This document shows positions 34,805-44,025 of a stretch of 64,000 bases of DNA, piece by piece. Under the pieces are notes generated by a model, which saw only the letters and a program-made list of their open reading frames with translations, had not been told where the DNA came from and did no database searches. The translations under genes and the position numbers were made by a program. Every line of letters starts with the position of its first letter. Positions within the stretch are counted from its first letter, which is position 1. The stretch covers positions 547 through 64,546 of the forward strand of contig CAYNMS010000003.1 in NCBI GenBank assembly GCA_964398525.1, in the 5' to 3' direction. Origin of the DNA: an uncultured Pseudomonadales bacterium. GTDB lineage: Bacteria; Patescibacteriota; Microgenomatia; UBA1400; CAYNFZ01.

Positions 34805-34893
34805 AGCCTTAGATTTTACCTGTTAACTCTTCTAAACACCATTACCTTAACCGCTCTTGATAATCATTTTTATTTTAATTGTCTCCTTAAAGG

Positions 34894-34922
34894 TTGTTCC
34901 CCCACCTATTCTTTACTATAAT
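34894..34922 (+). promoter_or_regulatory. sigma70-like promoter TTGTTC-17-TATAAT
   Basis: TTGTTC at 34894, TATAAT at 34917, 45 nt before ATG at 34967. Confidence 0.35.
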
Positions 34923-34966
34923 CAATCCTTGCCTCCATTAACCTCAAATACACCTTACTATAACTT

Positions 34967-35419
34967 ATGTTATCCCTCGCCCATTCGGCTACCGGCGCCT
35001 TTATCGCTACCGCCGTTCCCAACCCTCTCATTTCCACACCCTTGATTTTGGCCTCCCATTATCTAGAGGATTACATTCTTCACTGGGATGTCGGCACTGG
35101 CCTGAGTGCAGGCACTAGAACCAGGTCAGACGCGATCAAATACGAATTCATCGACCTTCTAATAACCATTATTTTTGTTTATCTTATTTTTCAATTAGAT
35201 TCGTCTACTTTAAACCTCCACGCTTGGTATGGTGCATTTGTGGCCTTGGTACCTGATTTTCTCGAGGCGCCCCGCAACTTTCTCGGCAAAGAACCGGCAT
35301 GGCTCAAACCCTTAAACCGCTTTCACAACCGCTTCCACCACTCAACTCCCAACATCCTCTTGGGGCTCACTCCCCAAATCTTGCTTTTAATTGCTATTGT
35401 CGCCCTATCCAAGTTTTAG
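34967..35419 (+). CDS. hypothetical (membrane?) protein
   Basis: 150 aa ORF with promoter upstream; no recognisable motifs. Confidence 0.4.
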   Translation: MLSLAHSATGAFIATAVPNPLISTPLILASHYLEDYILHWDVGTGLSAGTRTRSDAIKYEFIDLLITIIFVYLIFQLDSSTLNLHAWYGAFVALVPDFLEAPRNFLGKEPAWLKPLNRFHNRFHHSTPNILLGLTPQILLLIAIVALSKF

Positions 35420-35976
35420 CCCACTCGCTCAACGTATTCGCCGGTGCGCGTATCCACCCGAACCATATCTCCCTGATTGACAAACAAAGGTACTTTTACT
35501 CTAAAACCATTTTTAAGCGTGGCTTCCTTGTAAACATTACTGGCGCTATCTCCCTTTTCTCCTGGAGCTGCCTCTGCTACTTCAAATTCCATCTTAGAGG
35601 GTAAATCCACATCCAAGACTTTCTCTTCCCACATTCTCAAAGCCACTTCTTCTCCTTCTTTTAAATACCTGCCACTCTCTCCAATCACCCTATCAGCCAC
35701 TTCCAGTTGTTCAAAACTGACCGGATCCATAAACACCCACGAATCCCCGTCTTTATACAAGTACTGAAAGTTCTTCTTGTTAACATCAATCTCTTCTACT
35801 TTTTCACCCGACTTGTAAGTTTTACTCAATAGCCTTCCATCGCTTAAATTTCTCACCTTAACTTTAATCGTTCCCCCTCCCCTGGATAAATGGGTGTGTT
35901 TATATTCCACTACTTTAAAAGGTAGATTGCCTTCCTCAAAACAGGTGCCGGCTCGAAGCTTAGTTACTGAAATCAT
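35416..35976 (-). CDS. efp: elongation factor P
   Basis: 186 aa, KOW-like N-domain; loop HLSRGGGT at the modified position. Confidence 0.9.
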   Translation of the reverse strand: MISVTKLRAGTCFEEGNLPFKVVEYKHTHLSRGGGTIKVKVRNLSDGRLLSKTYKSGEKVEEIDVNKKNFQYLYKDGDSWVFMDPVSFEQLEVADRVIGESGRYLKEGEEVALRMWEEKVLDVDLPSKMEFEVAEAAPGEKGDSASNVYKEATLKNGFRVKVPLFVNQGDMVRVDTRTGEYVERVG

Positions 35977-36019
35977 GCTGGCTATTCTATCAGTCGCTCG
36001 TGTTAAAATACAACCCGGT

Positions 36020-36105
36020 GCCGCGGTGGCGGAACAGGCAGACGCGTAGGTCTCAAAAACCTATGGAGCTAACACTCCATGTGAGTTCGATTCTCACCCG
36101 CGGCA
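36020..36105 (+). tRNA. tRNA-Leu (anticodon CAA), type II with long variable arm, no encoded CCA
   Basis: acceptor GCCGCGG/CCGCGGC, T-arm GTGAG-TTCGATT-CTCAC, anticodon stem TAGGT/ACCTA, loop CTCAAAA, variable arm GGAG-CTAACA-CTCC. Confidence 0.85.
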
Positions 36106-36171
36106 CAGCAATGTCTTGGCTTTTTCTTTCTCGCTCTTTACCCCTCAATCTAGTTCTGCCATACTTTCCCT

Positions 36172-36414
36172 ATGGATCAACTCTCTGCCACAGTTGTCAA
36201 TCTTGTTTCCGTCGACTCAATCTGGTCAATCGCCATCCGTGGTCTCATTTGGCTTTTGTTTGTCACCATTTTTGCCATCGGTGTAGCCAAGGGAAAATCA
36301 CAGTCTCGCATCAAAGCCGAAGCTGGCTTTTTTCTTTTGTTTATAATTTTAACCGCCATCACTATCTATCTTGCTTTTGGAATTGTTCCCACTCTCACCA
36401 CTCTGCCTGACTAA
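36172..36414 (+). CDS. hypothetical small membrane protein (80 aa)
   Basis: two hydrophobic helices; convergent with dnaB. Confidence 0.35.
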   Translation: MDQLSATVVNLVSVDSIWSIAIRGLIWLLFVTIFAIGVAKGKSQSRIKAEAGFFLLFIILTAITIYLAFGIVPTLTTLPD

Positions 36415-37724
36415 CTTTCGGTCCGCGTTTCCATTGAATAAAACCTTATTCTGTTGCCTCTGAATCTTAGACTGATGGTTCTTATCGGTCCATTTCTATG
36501 TTTGGCTACCACCAGTTTCATATTTTCCAAGTCTTCACTGTCCTCACGATACAAAAACATCACCACATCTGCGTCTTGCTCAATCGCCCCTGATTCTCTC
36601 AAATCTGCCAACTGAGGCTGACTACTTCCTCTATGCTCCACTGCTCGATTCAATTGTGATAGTACCAAAATCGGTATCTTTAATTCCCTGGCTAGATTTT
36701 TCAACCCCTGAGAAATCTCTGCTACTTCCTGGACTCGATTGTCCATGTGCCTTGAAGGTTGCACCAGAGTCAAATAATCTACCACAATCAATTTCAAACC
36801 ATGCTCACTCATGAGTCTCCTGGCTTTTGTCCTCATCTCCATTAAGCTTGCCCCTGGAGTGTCATCAATATAAATCGGGCAATCCGCTAATATTCCCATC
36901 GCATCCGAAAGTTTGGCATATTCTTCCTCCCCGAGTCTTCCGGTCTTCAACTTCCAGGCATCGATGTCCGCTTGTGCTACCAGCAACCGGTCAATCAATT
37001 CTTCTTTGCTCATTTCCAGGCTAAAAAATCCTACCGGCTGATTCAGCCTAACGGCCACATGTTGAGCAATGTTTAGAGAAAAAGCCGTCTTTCCCATTCC
37101 CGGCCTAGCCGCCAATATTATCATGTTTGATGGCTGCATTCCGCTTAATGTGTTATCCAAATCCACGAAACCGGTCGCCACTCCTCTCATACCACCGGCG
37201 GTTTTATGGAGTTCATCTAATCTTTCAAAACTGTCTGCTAATGCGTCTTTAATTGGTACAAACGATTGCTTTAAATGTGTCTGTGACAAATTAAATATCC
37301 TGTGCTCTGCGTTATCCAAAACATCTTCGACACCTTTCCCTTCATCAAACGCCAACTCATTAATCTGTGAGGACAAACTCACCAGTTCTCGTTTTGTATA
37401 GCTATCCCGAATTATCTTGGCATAATGTTTTACATGCGCACTCGTGGGCACCTTTTCTGTCAAACTCGAAAGATATGCCGACCCACCTATCGCTTTTAGT
37501 CTTTTGGCTCTTTTTAATTTTTCCGACAACGTCAGTAAATCAATCGGTTCTCGGTCTTCATACAATTCCAACATTGCCCTAAAAATATCCCCATGACTTT
37601 CTTTATAAAAATTCTCAGGCTTTAACATATCTGCCACTGCTGTGACTGCCTCGCGATCCATCAACAAAGCACCCAACACACTTTCTTCAGCTTCGATATT
37701 GTGCGGCGGAATTTTAGGACTCAT
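36411..37724 (-). CDS. dnaB: replicative DNA helicase DnaB
   Basis: IPPHNIEAEESVLGALL N-terminus, Walker A GMGKTAFSLNIA, 437 aa. Confidence 0.9.
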   Translation of the reverse strand: MSPKIPPHNIEAEESVLGALLMDREAVTAVADMLKPENFYKESHGDIFRAMLELYEDREPIDLLTLSEKLKRAKRLKAIGGSAYLSSLTEKVPTSAHVKHYAKIIRDSYTKRELVSLSSQINELAFDEGKGVEDVLDNAEHRIFNLSQTHLKQSFVPIKDALADSFERLDELHKTAGGMRGVATGFVDLDNTLSGMQPSNMIILAARPGMGKTAFSLNIAQHVAVRLNQPVGFFSLEMSKEELIDRLLVAQADIDAWKLKTGRLGEEEYAKLSDAMGILADCPIYIDDTPGASLMEMRTKARRLMSEHGLKLIVVDYLTLVQPSRHMDNRVQEVAEISQGLKNLARELKIPILVLSQLNRAVEHRGSSQPQLADLRESGAIEQDADVVMFLYREDSEDLENMKLVVAKHRNGPIRTISLRFRGNRIRFYSMETRTES

Positions 37725-37728
37725 ATTT

Positions 37729-38388
37729 TTACGAGGTCGTCAAAACCACTACCTCCATCTCTTCCGGTAAACTGGTTTTGTTGACACTTAGCTTGTCACT
37801 TCTTTGTGCTTCCTTGCCCAGTTCGGCCAGGAATTCTTCAACGCTCGACAGCTGGCCAAACCTTTCTTGGTCGTGTTTCTCACTTTTGTAATGCATCGGC
37901 ACCACAATCGACGGCTCAATTGCAGAAATAATTTCTACTGCTTCTTTAGGATTTATTGTGAATATTCCCCCAACCGGACACAACAACACATCCACTCCGT
38001 TTAAATCACTTACCGCGCTCTCAGAAAGTTTATGCCCCAAATCTCCCAGGTGAACAACGCTCACACCATCTATCAAAATTGAATAGACCACATTCTCACC
38101 CCTCTCCTCCCCCTTCTTATCGTCATGATATGTCTTAACGCCAAACACACTCACTCCTAACACCTCATATTCACCTGGCGTATCTATCACGAAAGGGTTC
38201 GTTCTCCTGGCAGTTCCCGTTATTCCCTTCCAGTTATTATGATCAAAATGGTCATGCGACACCGTGACTACATCCGCACTCAATCTGGGTAAACTAAATC
38301 CCACTTCTTTTTCAAATGGATCGGTAATCACACTTGAATTTTTGCCTTTCAGCTTAAAACACGAGTGGCCTAAATAAGATATGTCCAT
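37729..38388 (-). CDS. MBL-fold metal-dependent hydrolase
   Basis: VSHDHFDHNNW (HxHxDH) motif. Confidence 0.75.
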   Translation of the reverse strand: MDISYLGHSCFKLKGKNSSVITDPFEKEVGFSLPRLSADVVTVSHDHFDHNNWKGITGTARRTNPFVIDTPGEYEVLGVSVFGVKTYHDDKKGEERGENVVYSILIDGVSVVHLGDLGHKLSESAVSDLNGVDVLLCPVGGIFTINPKEAVEIISAIEPSIVVPMHYKSEKHDQERFGQLSSVEEFLAELGKEAQRSDKLSVNKTSLPEEMEVVVLTTS

Positions 38389-38558
38389 GAAAGCCTCTAC
38401 TAATTACTTCTCATTATTCCCGCTTCAATTGGGTCCCCATTGTATCTCATTTTATCTTGACAATCTAGCCAATAGCTTGCTAAACTGCATCGAAACATAG
38501 GGGAAAGTCCACTTTATTTTTTTCCATTATACCTACTCTGCTCGTCTAGATCCCAAAC

Positions 38559-39023
38559 ATGAAAAAGGAAGTCGTTTTTGCCATACTCATCGGTTTTGGT
38601 ATTGGTCTATTGATTACCTTCGGCATCTACCAAGCCCAACAGGCATACCAAGTCAATAACTCTAATCCGCCCCAAAACCCAGACCAAACTCTAGAACAAG
38701 CTCCGCTTTCTGCCTCAAATCTAGAATTGGAATTAACCTCACCCACCAAAGATAGCGTCCTTGAATCAGCCAGTATCGAACTGGTTGGCAACACGGCTCC
38801 ATTTGCCTATGTTACTGCCGTTTCCACTTCAGATGAAAGTTTTACTCAAGCCGATTCCAATGGTCAATTTTTACTTCCTTTCACTCTAGACCAGGGCGCC
38901 AATCTTATCACTCTCACTTCAGTTTCTTCAGGCGAAACCACTTCACTCGATCGCCTTCTGGTCTTTTCACCCCCCACTCCCCAAGCCACCCCTTCAGCAA
39001 ATAATCAAACCACCGATGACTAA
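38559..39023 (+). CDS. secreted/membrane-anchored hypothetical protein
   Basis: N-terminal TM, Thr/Ser-rich. Confidence 0.45.
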   Translation: MKKEVVFAILIGFGIGLLITFGIYQAQQAYQVNNSNPPQNPDQTLEQAPLSASNLELELTSPTKDSVLESASIELVGNTAPFAYVTAVSTSDESFTQADSNGQFLLPFTLDQGANLITLTSVSSGETTSLDRLLVFSPPTPQATPSANNQTTDD

Positions 39024-39711
39024 TTTTCGCCCTATCATTTTAACCATATTTCTCATCACCCAAGCTTTCCTTGTGCCCTTTGTATTTGCCCAGGATTCAG
39101 CCACCCCCTCTTCAACCCTTGACCAAACCATTAAAGAAAACCTCAAGCAGCGTATCCAACGTGCCATCGCTGGCCAAAACCAAGCTGACCAAAGTGCCTG
39201 GGTTGGCACTATTCAAACCCTCACTTCAGACCTTCTCACAATTACCTCAAGTGACATGCCTCATCTTGTCTCAGTCGATGACACCACCATCTTTCTCCGT
39301 GACACCACCAACATTGACCTGCAAGAATTGGCAATTGGTACCGCTGTCATTGCCATTGGCACCATCGACGACAAAGACATTCTCACTGCCACAAAAATCA
39401 TCGATATTCGTCAGTTGCCTCAAAAAAGCAGCAAACAAACCCTTACTGGCTTCATCAGTGAAATTAACCCCCGAGCCACTGCCCTGACCTTAACCTCCGA
39501 GATCGGTGAAACCTTCGACTTAACTCTTCCCTCAACAGCCAGCATCTCAGCCAACTTCCCCCCTCAACCTCTTCCGGCCCGTGATTTAAACCTAGACGAT
39601 CAAGTTTTGCTCATTTATTCCCAAAGCGACTCTGCCACCCCTGATCTTGAAATCGAACTCATTCACCGTATCAGTGCCTCCGTTGCCTCACCTTCAGCTA
39701 ATGTCCGCTAG
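39016..39711 (+). CDS. secreted hypothetical protein
   Basis: signal peptide ILTIFLITQAFLVPFVFAQ, Thr-rich. Confidence 0.45.
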   Translation: MTNFRPIILTIFLITQAFLVPFVFAQDSATPSSTLDQTIKENLKQRIQRAIAGQNQADQSAWVGTIQTLTSDLLTITSSDMPHLVSVDDTTIFLRDTTNIDLQELAIGTAVIAIGTIDDKDILTATKIIDIRQLPQKSSKQTLTGFISEINPRATALTLTSEIGETFDLTLPSTASISANFPPQPLPARDLNLDDQVLLIYSQSDSATPDLEIELIHRISASVASPSANVR

Positions 39712-40711
39712 CCGTCTCAAACAGCTCAAATCCTTTTTCTCTCCCTCACTTGATGCCTTTTTTCTAAACGACCCCTCTCAAATTCGCTATTACACTTCCC
39801 TCCCCTTTACTCCGATTGCTGGTGACACCTATCTTTTGGTTACCCCTAAAACTTCTCTTCTCTTCCACTCCCCTCTCCTCAATCTTACTCCCCCTTCCCA
39901 CGTTAAGTTAGTCACTCTAACTCTGATAAATATCAAAAAGAACTTGAGTCGGTATTCAAACCTGGGAGTCCACTCCTCCCTACCTTACCACCTATCCAAA
40001 CAACTCCCCTCAACTCTTACCCTAGCCGACAAAATCCTTTCCAAGCCCTTAGTTACAAAATCTTCCCAAGAAATCAAATCCATCCGTCACGCCTGTAAGA
40101 TAACTAAATCTGCCATTTACTGGGCCAAAGAACAACTCATTCACCGGCCAACTGAGGCTGATTTAGCTCAAGCCCTTAAGACAAAACTTTTCTCCCTCGG
40201 CGCCCAAGCATTAGCCTTTGAACCAATTGTGGCTTTTGGCTCTCACACTGCCTCTGCCCACCACCTTTCTTCCGACCGCAAATACCACCCCCACGATCTC
40301 GTTCTGATTGACGCTGGCGCCCAAGTCAATGGCTTTTGTGCCGACATGACCCGCACATTTCTACCCACCTCCCCTACCCCCCATCAACTTCGCCTGTCAC
40401 AAGCCGTAATGTCAGCTTATCAAGCCGCCAGTAAACTTTTGTCCGGCGCCACTGATTTCAGTCAAATCGATTTTAAAGTTAGAAACAGTTTTAAAAAATC
40501 CGGCTTGTCCAAATATTTCATTCACACCAGCGGCCATGGGCTCGGTTTATCTATTCACGAACCTCCTAGCCTATATCACCAAAACCCTTTTCCCATAACT
40601 ACCAACATTGTCTTTACTCTTGAACCAGGTTTATACTATCGCCAAGCCGGCTTTCGTCACGAAGACACCTGGCTAACTACAACCGATAAACCTCAAAACC
40701 TGACTGCATGA
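39701..40711 (+). CDS. M24-family metallopeptidase (Xaa-Pro aminopeptidase-like)
   Basis: HGLGLSIHEPPSLY, pita-bread fold motifs; start moved to ATG at 39701. Confidence 0.8.
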   Translation: MSASRLKQLKSFFSPSLDAFFLNDPSQIRYYTSLPFTPIAGDTYLLVTPKTSLLFHSPLLNLTPPSHVKLVTLTLINIKKNLSRYSNLGVHSSLPYHLSKQLPSTLTLADKILSKPLVTKSSQEIKSIRHACKITKSAIYWAKEQLIHRPTEADLAQALKTKLFSLGAQALAFEPIVAFGSHTASAHHLSSDRKYHPHDLVLIDAGAQVNGFCADMTRTFLPTSPTPHQLRLSQAVMSAYQAASKLLSGATDFSQIDFKVRNSFKKSGLSKYFIHTSGHGLGLSIHEPPSLYHQNPFPITTNIVFTLEPGLYYRQAGFRHEDTWLTTTDKPQNLTA

Positions 40712-41217
40712 CACCAACCCTCCTAGAGCCACACCAACACCAACAACTCAGAAACCTCAGACTCTTAAGTCTGAAATTAGACCCAGACGCTTTCTTATCC
40801 ACTTACGAGTATGAATCCCAGTACCCCGAGCACTATTTTCGTCAAAAAATTTACCAAAGCCTTCAAGCCCCATGCTATGGCTTCTATGGAATTTTTCAGC
40901 CAGACTTAATTGCCACCGCCCAACTTTCTCCCATGTATCTTCAAAAACAAAAGCACTTAGCCAAGATTTACGAACTCTATGTTCATCCCGACTTTCGCCA
41001 TCAGGGACTCGCAAAAAAACTCCTCAACTATCTAATCAAAAAAGCCAGACTCGATCCTCAACTTGAGGCAATCCACCTAAGTGTTGTTTCTACCAACAAA
41101 CCTGCTATTTCCCTTTACACCTCTCTTGGTTTTCAACATCTAGTTACCCTACCCGATGTAATCAAACAAGCAAATAATCAATATGTGGGTAAGGCATATT
41201 ACTATTTACCTCTTTAA
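40708..41217 (+). CDS. GNAT-family N-acetyltransferase
   Basis: VHPDFRHQGLAKKLLNY acetyl-CoA binding motif. Confidence 0.8.
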   Translation: MTPTLLEPHQHQQLRNLRLLSLKLDPDAFLSTYEYESQYPEHYFRQKIYQSLQAPCYGFYGIFQPDLIATAQLSPMYLQKQKHLAKIYELYVHPDFRHQGLAKKLLNYLIKKARLDPQLEAIHLSVVSTNKPAISLYTSLGFQHLVTLPDVIKQANNQYVGKAYYYLPL

Positions 41218-41270
41218 GTCAATGATTATTATCAATTTTATTTTAAGCGATTATGCTAACATAGTTAACT

Positions 41271-41567
41271 ATGCAAAAATTTCCTGACAAAAAAGACCAA
41301 CAACTAATTAAGGCCTTTTCTCTGCTTAAAAACGAGAAAGAAATTCAAAGTTTTCTTCGCGACCTTTTCACTCTCGCCGAACTCAAAGAAGCCTCCAATC
41401 GGTTTCATATCGCCACTCTGCTCTGGCAAGGCGGTATGTCTTACATAGAAATTGCCAAGGAATGCGGTACCTCAACCACCACCGTCACTCGCGTCAACGA
41501 ATGGCTATTCAAACGTGGCGGTAACGGCTATCTTAATGTTCTCAAACGCCTCTATCCCCAAAGCTAA
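41271..41567 (+). CDS. TrpR-like protein, YerC/YecD family
   Basis: 98 aa, IEIAKECGTSTTTVTRVNEW HTH. Confidence 0.55.
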   Translation: MQKFPDKKDQQLIKAFSLLKNEKEIQSFLRDLFTLAELKEASNRFHIATLLWQGGMSYIEIAKECGTSTTTVTRVNEWLFKRGGNGYLNVLKRLYPQS

Positions 41568-41586
41568 ATCAAACTAATCCTAAGCA

Positions 41587-41614
41587 TTGACACGCTGTTA
41601 TTTACTGCTATAAT
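41587..41614 (+). promoter_or_regulatory. near-consensus sigma70 promoter TTGACA-16-TATAAT
   Basis: TTGACA 41587-41592, TATAAT 41609-41614. Confidence 0.5.
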
Positions 41615-41639
41615 CATGCCATCTTACTAACACACTAAA

Positions 41640-41702
41640 ATGTATTTAACCAACATTATTCAGTCAAATCTTCATCACCACCTCCAATCTCGGAGGTTGT
41701 AA
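41640..41702 (+). CDS. candidate leader peptide MYLTNIIQSNLHHHLQSRRL
   Basis: 20-codon ORF with three consecutive His codons (CAT CAC CAC, 41673-41681) overlapping hairpin segment 1. Confidence 0.35.
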   Translation: MYLTNIIQSNLHHHLQSRRL

Positions 41703-41736
41703 TTTTAGCGATTTTTTATTTTTGTTTTGACTTACC

Positions 41737-41768
41737 AACCTCCGACACCTCGGAGGTTTTTTGTGTTT
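41737..41768 (+). terminator. intrinsic terminator / attenuator hairpin
   Basis: AACCTCCGA-CACC-TCGGAGGTT then TTTTGTGTTT; 24 nt before the operon start codon. Confidence 0.6.
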
Positions 41769-41791
41769 ATTTAACAATCACCATACTTAAT

Positions 41792-42556
41792 ATGACTTAT
41801 TCAATTTCTATATTGCGACCAGCTGGAAACGATACTGCTTTAGTTCAAACCAAGCCGGCCAATAAACAATTCAAATCACGTCTAAATCGTTCAATCATGA
41901 GTTTATTTCCTCAGGTTGAACAGGTTGGTTTTTATTACCAAGCTCAAGATAAATACTATTTGGAAATGGCTGGTGATGAATTTTGTGGAAACGCTGCACG
42001 AAGTGCCACTTTTCTTTTTCTCAAAGGAAACCCTGGTTCACTTACTCTCACTTTTCCCAATCTAAATCTCACCCTCAAAACAGGTATTAAAAAACTCAAC
42101 ACCGCTTGGACACAAATACCATTTGACACCTCCCAAGCAATTTATAACCAAAAAGAATATCAAGTTGCCAATATTTATGGTATTAAACAAGTTCTAGTAC
42201 CTCTGACATCACCCAAGCAGGATTTCAAAACCAAAGCCAAAACTATTTTATCCCAACTAAATTTTCTTCAAACACTTCCCGCCTCTGGTGTGATTTTTTA
42301 TCGACTCTCAGTTCAAGCAGCAGAAATAGTTCCCGTCATCTGGGTGCGCGACATTCAAACCTTCTTTGTTGAGACAGCTTGCGCTTCAGGTTCAGCGGCT
42401 TTAGGTCTTATGTTGTCCAATCAAACTCCTACAATTTTTTCCTTTCCAGTAAAACAACCTAGTCAACAGTACCTTTACGTCTCCTGCAAAACCCAAAAGT
42501 CACTTAGTATTGATGGTCCAATCCAATTTATTACTTCTCAATCTTTAACTTTCTAA
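41792..42556 (+). CDS. DapF-fold (diaminopimelate epimerase-like) PLP-independent epimerase/racemase
   Basis: PAGNDTALV (cf. GLGNDF), EFCGNAARS (cf. CGNGARC), ETACASGSAAL (cf. ACGSGACA); both catalytic Cys positions conserved. Confidence 0.55.
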   Translation: MTYSISILRPAGNDTALVQTKPANKQFKSRLNRSIMSLFPQVEQVGFYYQAQDKYYLEMAGDEFCGNAARSATFLFLKGNPGSLTLTFPNLNLTLKTGIKKLNTAWTQIPFDTSQAIYNQKEYQVANIYGIKQVLVPLTSPKQDFKTKAKTILSQLNFLQTLPASGVIFYRLSVQAAEIVPVIWVRDIQTFFVETACASGSAALGLMLSNQTPTIFSFPVKQPSQQYLYVSCKTQKSLSIDGPIQFITSQSLTF

Positions 42557-42558
42557 CT

Positions 42559-44025
42559 ATGTCAGAACGACCTCTTTTTTCCAATACATTTTCCAAATTA
42601 ATGACTGAAAGGGATGTCAATCAGAAACGCCTAGAGGACATTTTTTCTCTGAAACCACCTCAAAGATCATCGTTCAGAGAAATCCGTGAGTTGCTTCCAG
42701 AATTAAGCAACAACCAACTATATAGTTGTTTTTATTCAACTGAAGAGCCAGATAGCCAGAAACTCGCTCAGATCATCAAATCAGAATTACTACCCTGGCT
42801 CCAAACCAATGCTCCTCTTCCAGTCCTTACCCTAAAACAGCTTAGTCGTTTATCCCAATTTTCTCCAGAGTCATTAAAACGACAAATTAGCCAAAATCAA
42901 GTTACTATCGAATTAGAGTCAGAAACCTATCTAGTTGGACTTTCTCAAACTGCTCCAAACACAAATCCTAAGCAGGCAATTAAAAAGGGTCGTTACTTTT
43001 CCCGACCACCAGGCGGAGGACCGGCACAAAAAATCCGGAACTCTTCGCGTCGAATTAAAAATGCCATCAAGAAAATAGCTTTAAACAATACTCCAATCAC
43101 CCTTACACCCCTATCTAGTTTAGATCTTGACAGTAAAATTGCCGATTCAATTGATCCTAATCCTCTCGACTACCTAAGCCGTCAATTGATTGAATCGCTT
43201 AAGATACGTGCAGGAAAAAAATGGCTTTATGATCAAAATTCCTTACCTAACTTCAAGGCAGATTTAGCTGCACTTAGGCGAGATGAACCGGTTGATTTTG
43301 TCCTCTGGAATTGTCTTGAGTTTTCTTGGATAAACAACGGTTACAATCAATACCCCAGTTGTGAGGTTAACTCCGATCTCTCCACAGCAATTTCAGTCTA
43401 TTTTCAACCTCAAATTACTCAATTTGCGCAAAACCTATTAACACTTGGACCGGCTCGGTTCACCATACTTACTCCCAGTAGTGAAGTAACTGATCCCAAA
43501 ATCTGGTCCTACACTCAATCCCTCTCAGACCGACTTAAACTATTATCTAATACCACCAAACAGCTTCAACTTGCTTATAGCTCCATACCCTCATTTCAAG
43601 TTCAAACCTGGAGTCAGTTTCTTGCTAGTCAAGGAGAGTTCACCAATCCGATTGATTTTACTGATTTTGCCCAAACACTCATCACTCAAAGTCCCCAACT
43701 AGAAACACTGAGGCAACAAGCCATCAAAAGTGACCAACAATACTTGAATCAATTCGGTATCAACCTCAAACCTGAAGTACTTCGTCAATCTGCAATTCGT
43801 TATTTCGCGATGTACTACGCAGAAGGTTTAGCTTTTGCCCAGCTCAGAAGACAAGGAAAAAGAATTGTTCTCATTAATTTGGAAGAATATCGAGTACCTC
43901 AACTTACAAATCTTGGCTCGGCTGCCACCCTTCCCATTATTACTCCGGTTAGCTCCGAGGAAATTAATAATTATTATCAGTGGAAAAAACAATATATTCG
44001 TCAAACTAAATACACAAAGGAATAA
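42559..44025 (+). CDS. hypothetical protein, 488 aa, no recognisable motifs
   Basis: tightly coupled: 3-nt gap upstream, TAATG overlap downstream. Confidence 0.5.
   Translation: MSERPLFSNTFSKLMTERDVNQKRLEDIFSLKPPQRSSFREIRELLPELSNNQLYSCFYSTEEPDSQKLAQIIKSELLPWLQTNAPLPVLTLKQLSRLSQFSPESLKRQISQNQVTIELESETYLVGLSQTAPNTNPKQAIKKGRYFSRPPGGGPAQKIRNSSRRIKNAIKKIALNNTPITLTPLSSLDLDSKIADSIDPNPLDYLSRQLIESLKIRAGKKWLYDQNSLPNFKADLAALRRDEPVDFVLWNCLEFSWINNGYNQYPSCEVNSDLSTAISVYFQPQITQFAQNLLTLGPARFTILTPSSEVTDPKIWSYTQSLSDRLKLLSNTTKQLQLAYSSIPSFQVQTWSQFLASQGEFTNPIDFTDFAQTLITQSPQLETLRQQAIKSDQQYLNQFGINLKPEVLRQSAIRYFAMYYAEGLAFAQLRRQGKRIVLINLEEYRVPQLTNLGSAATLPIITPVSSEEINNYYQWKKQYIRQTKYTKE

Noticed and set aside
36000-36410. 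136-aa ORF overlapping tRNA-Leu
   Set aside because: It reads through the tRNA gene with a Cys/His/Ser-rich low-complexity translation, so it is spurious. The shorter 36172-36414 ORF downstream is kept as a low-confidence small membrane protein.
41640-41702. Alternative reading of the leader region as a T-box or metabolite riboswitch
   Set aside because: No T-box specifier or AGGGUGGNACCGCG element and no recognisable riboswitch core. The alternative-hairpin plus codon-run architecture fits peptide-mediated attenuation better.
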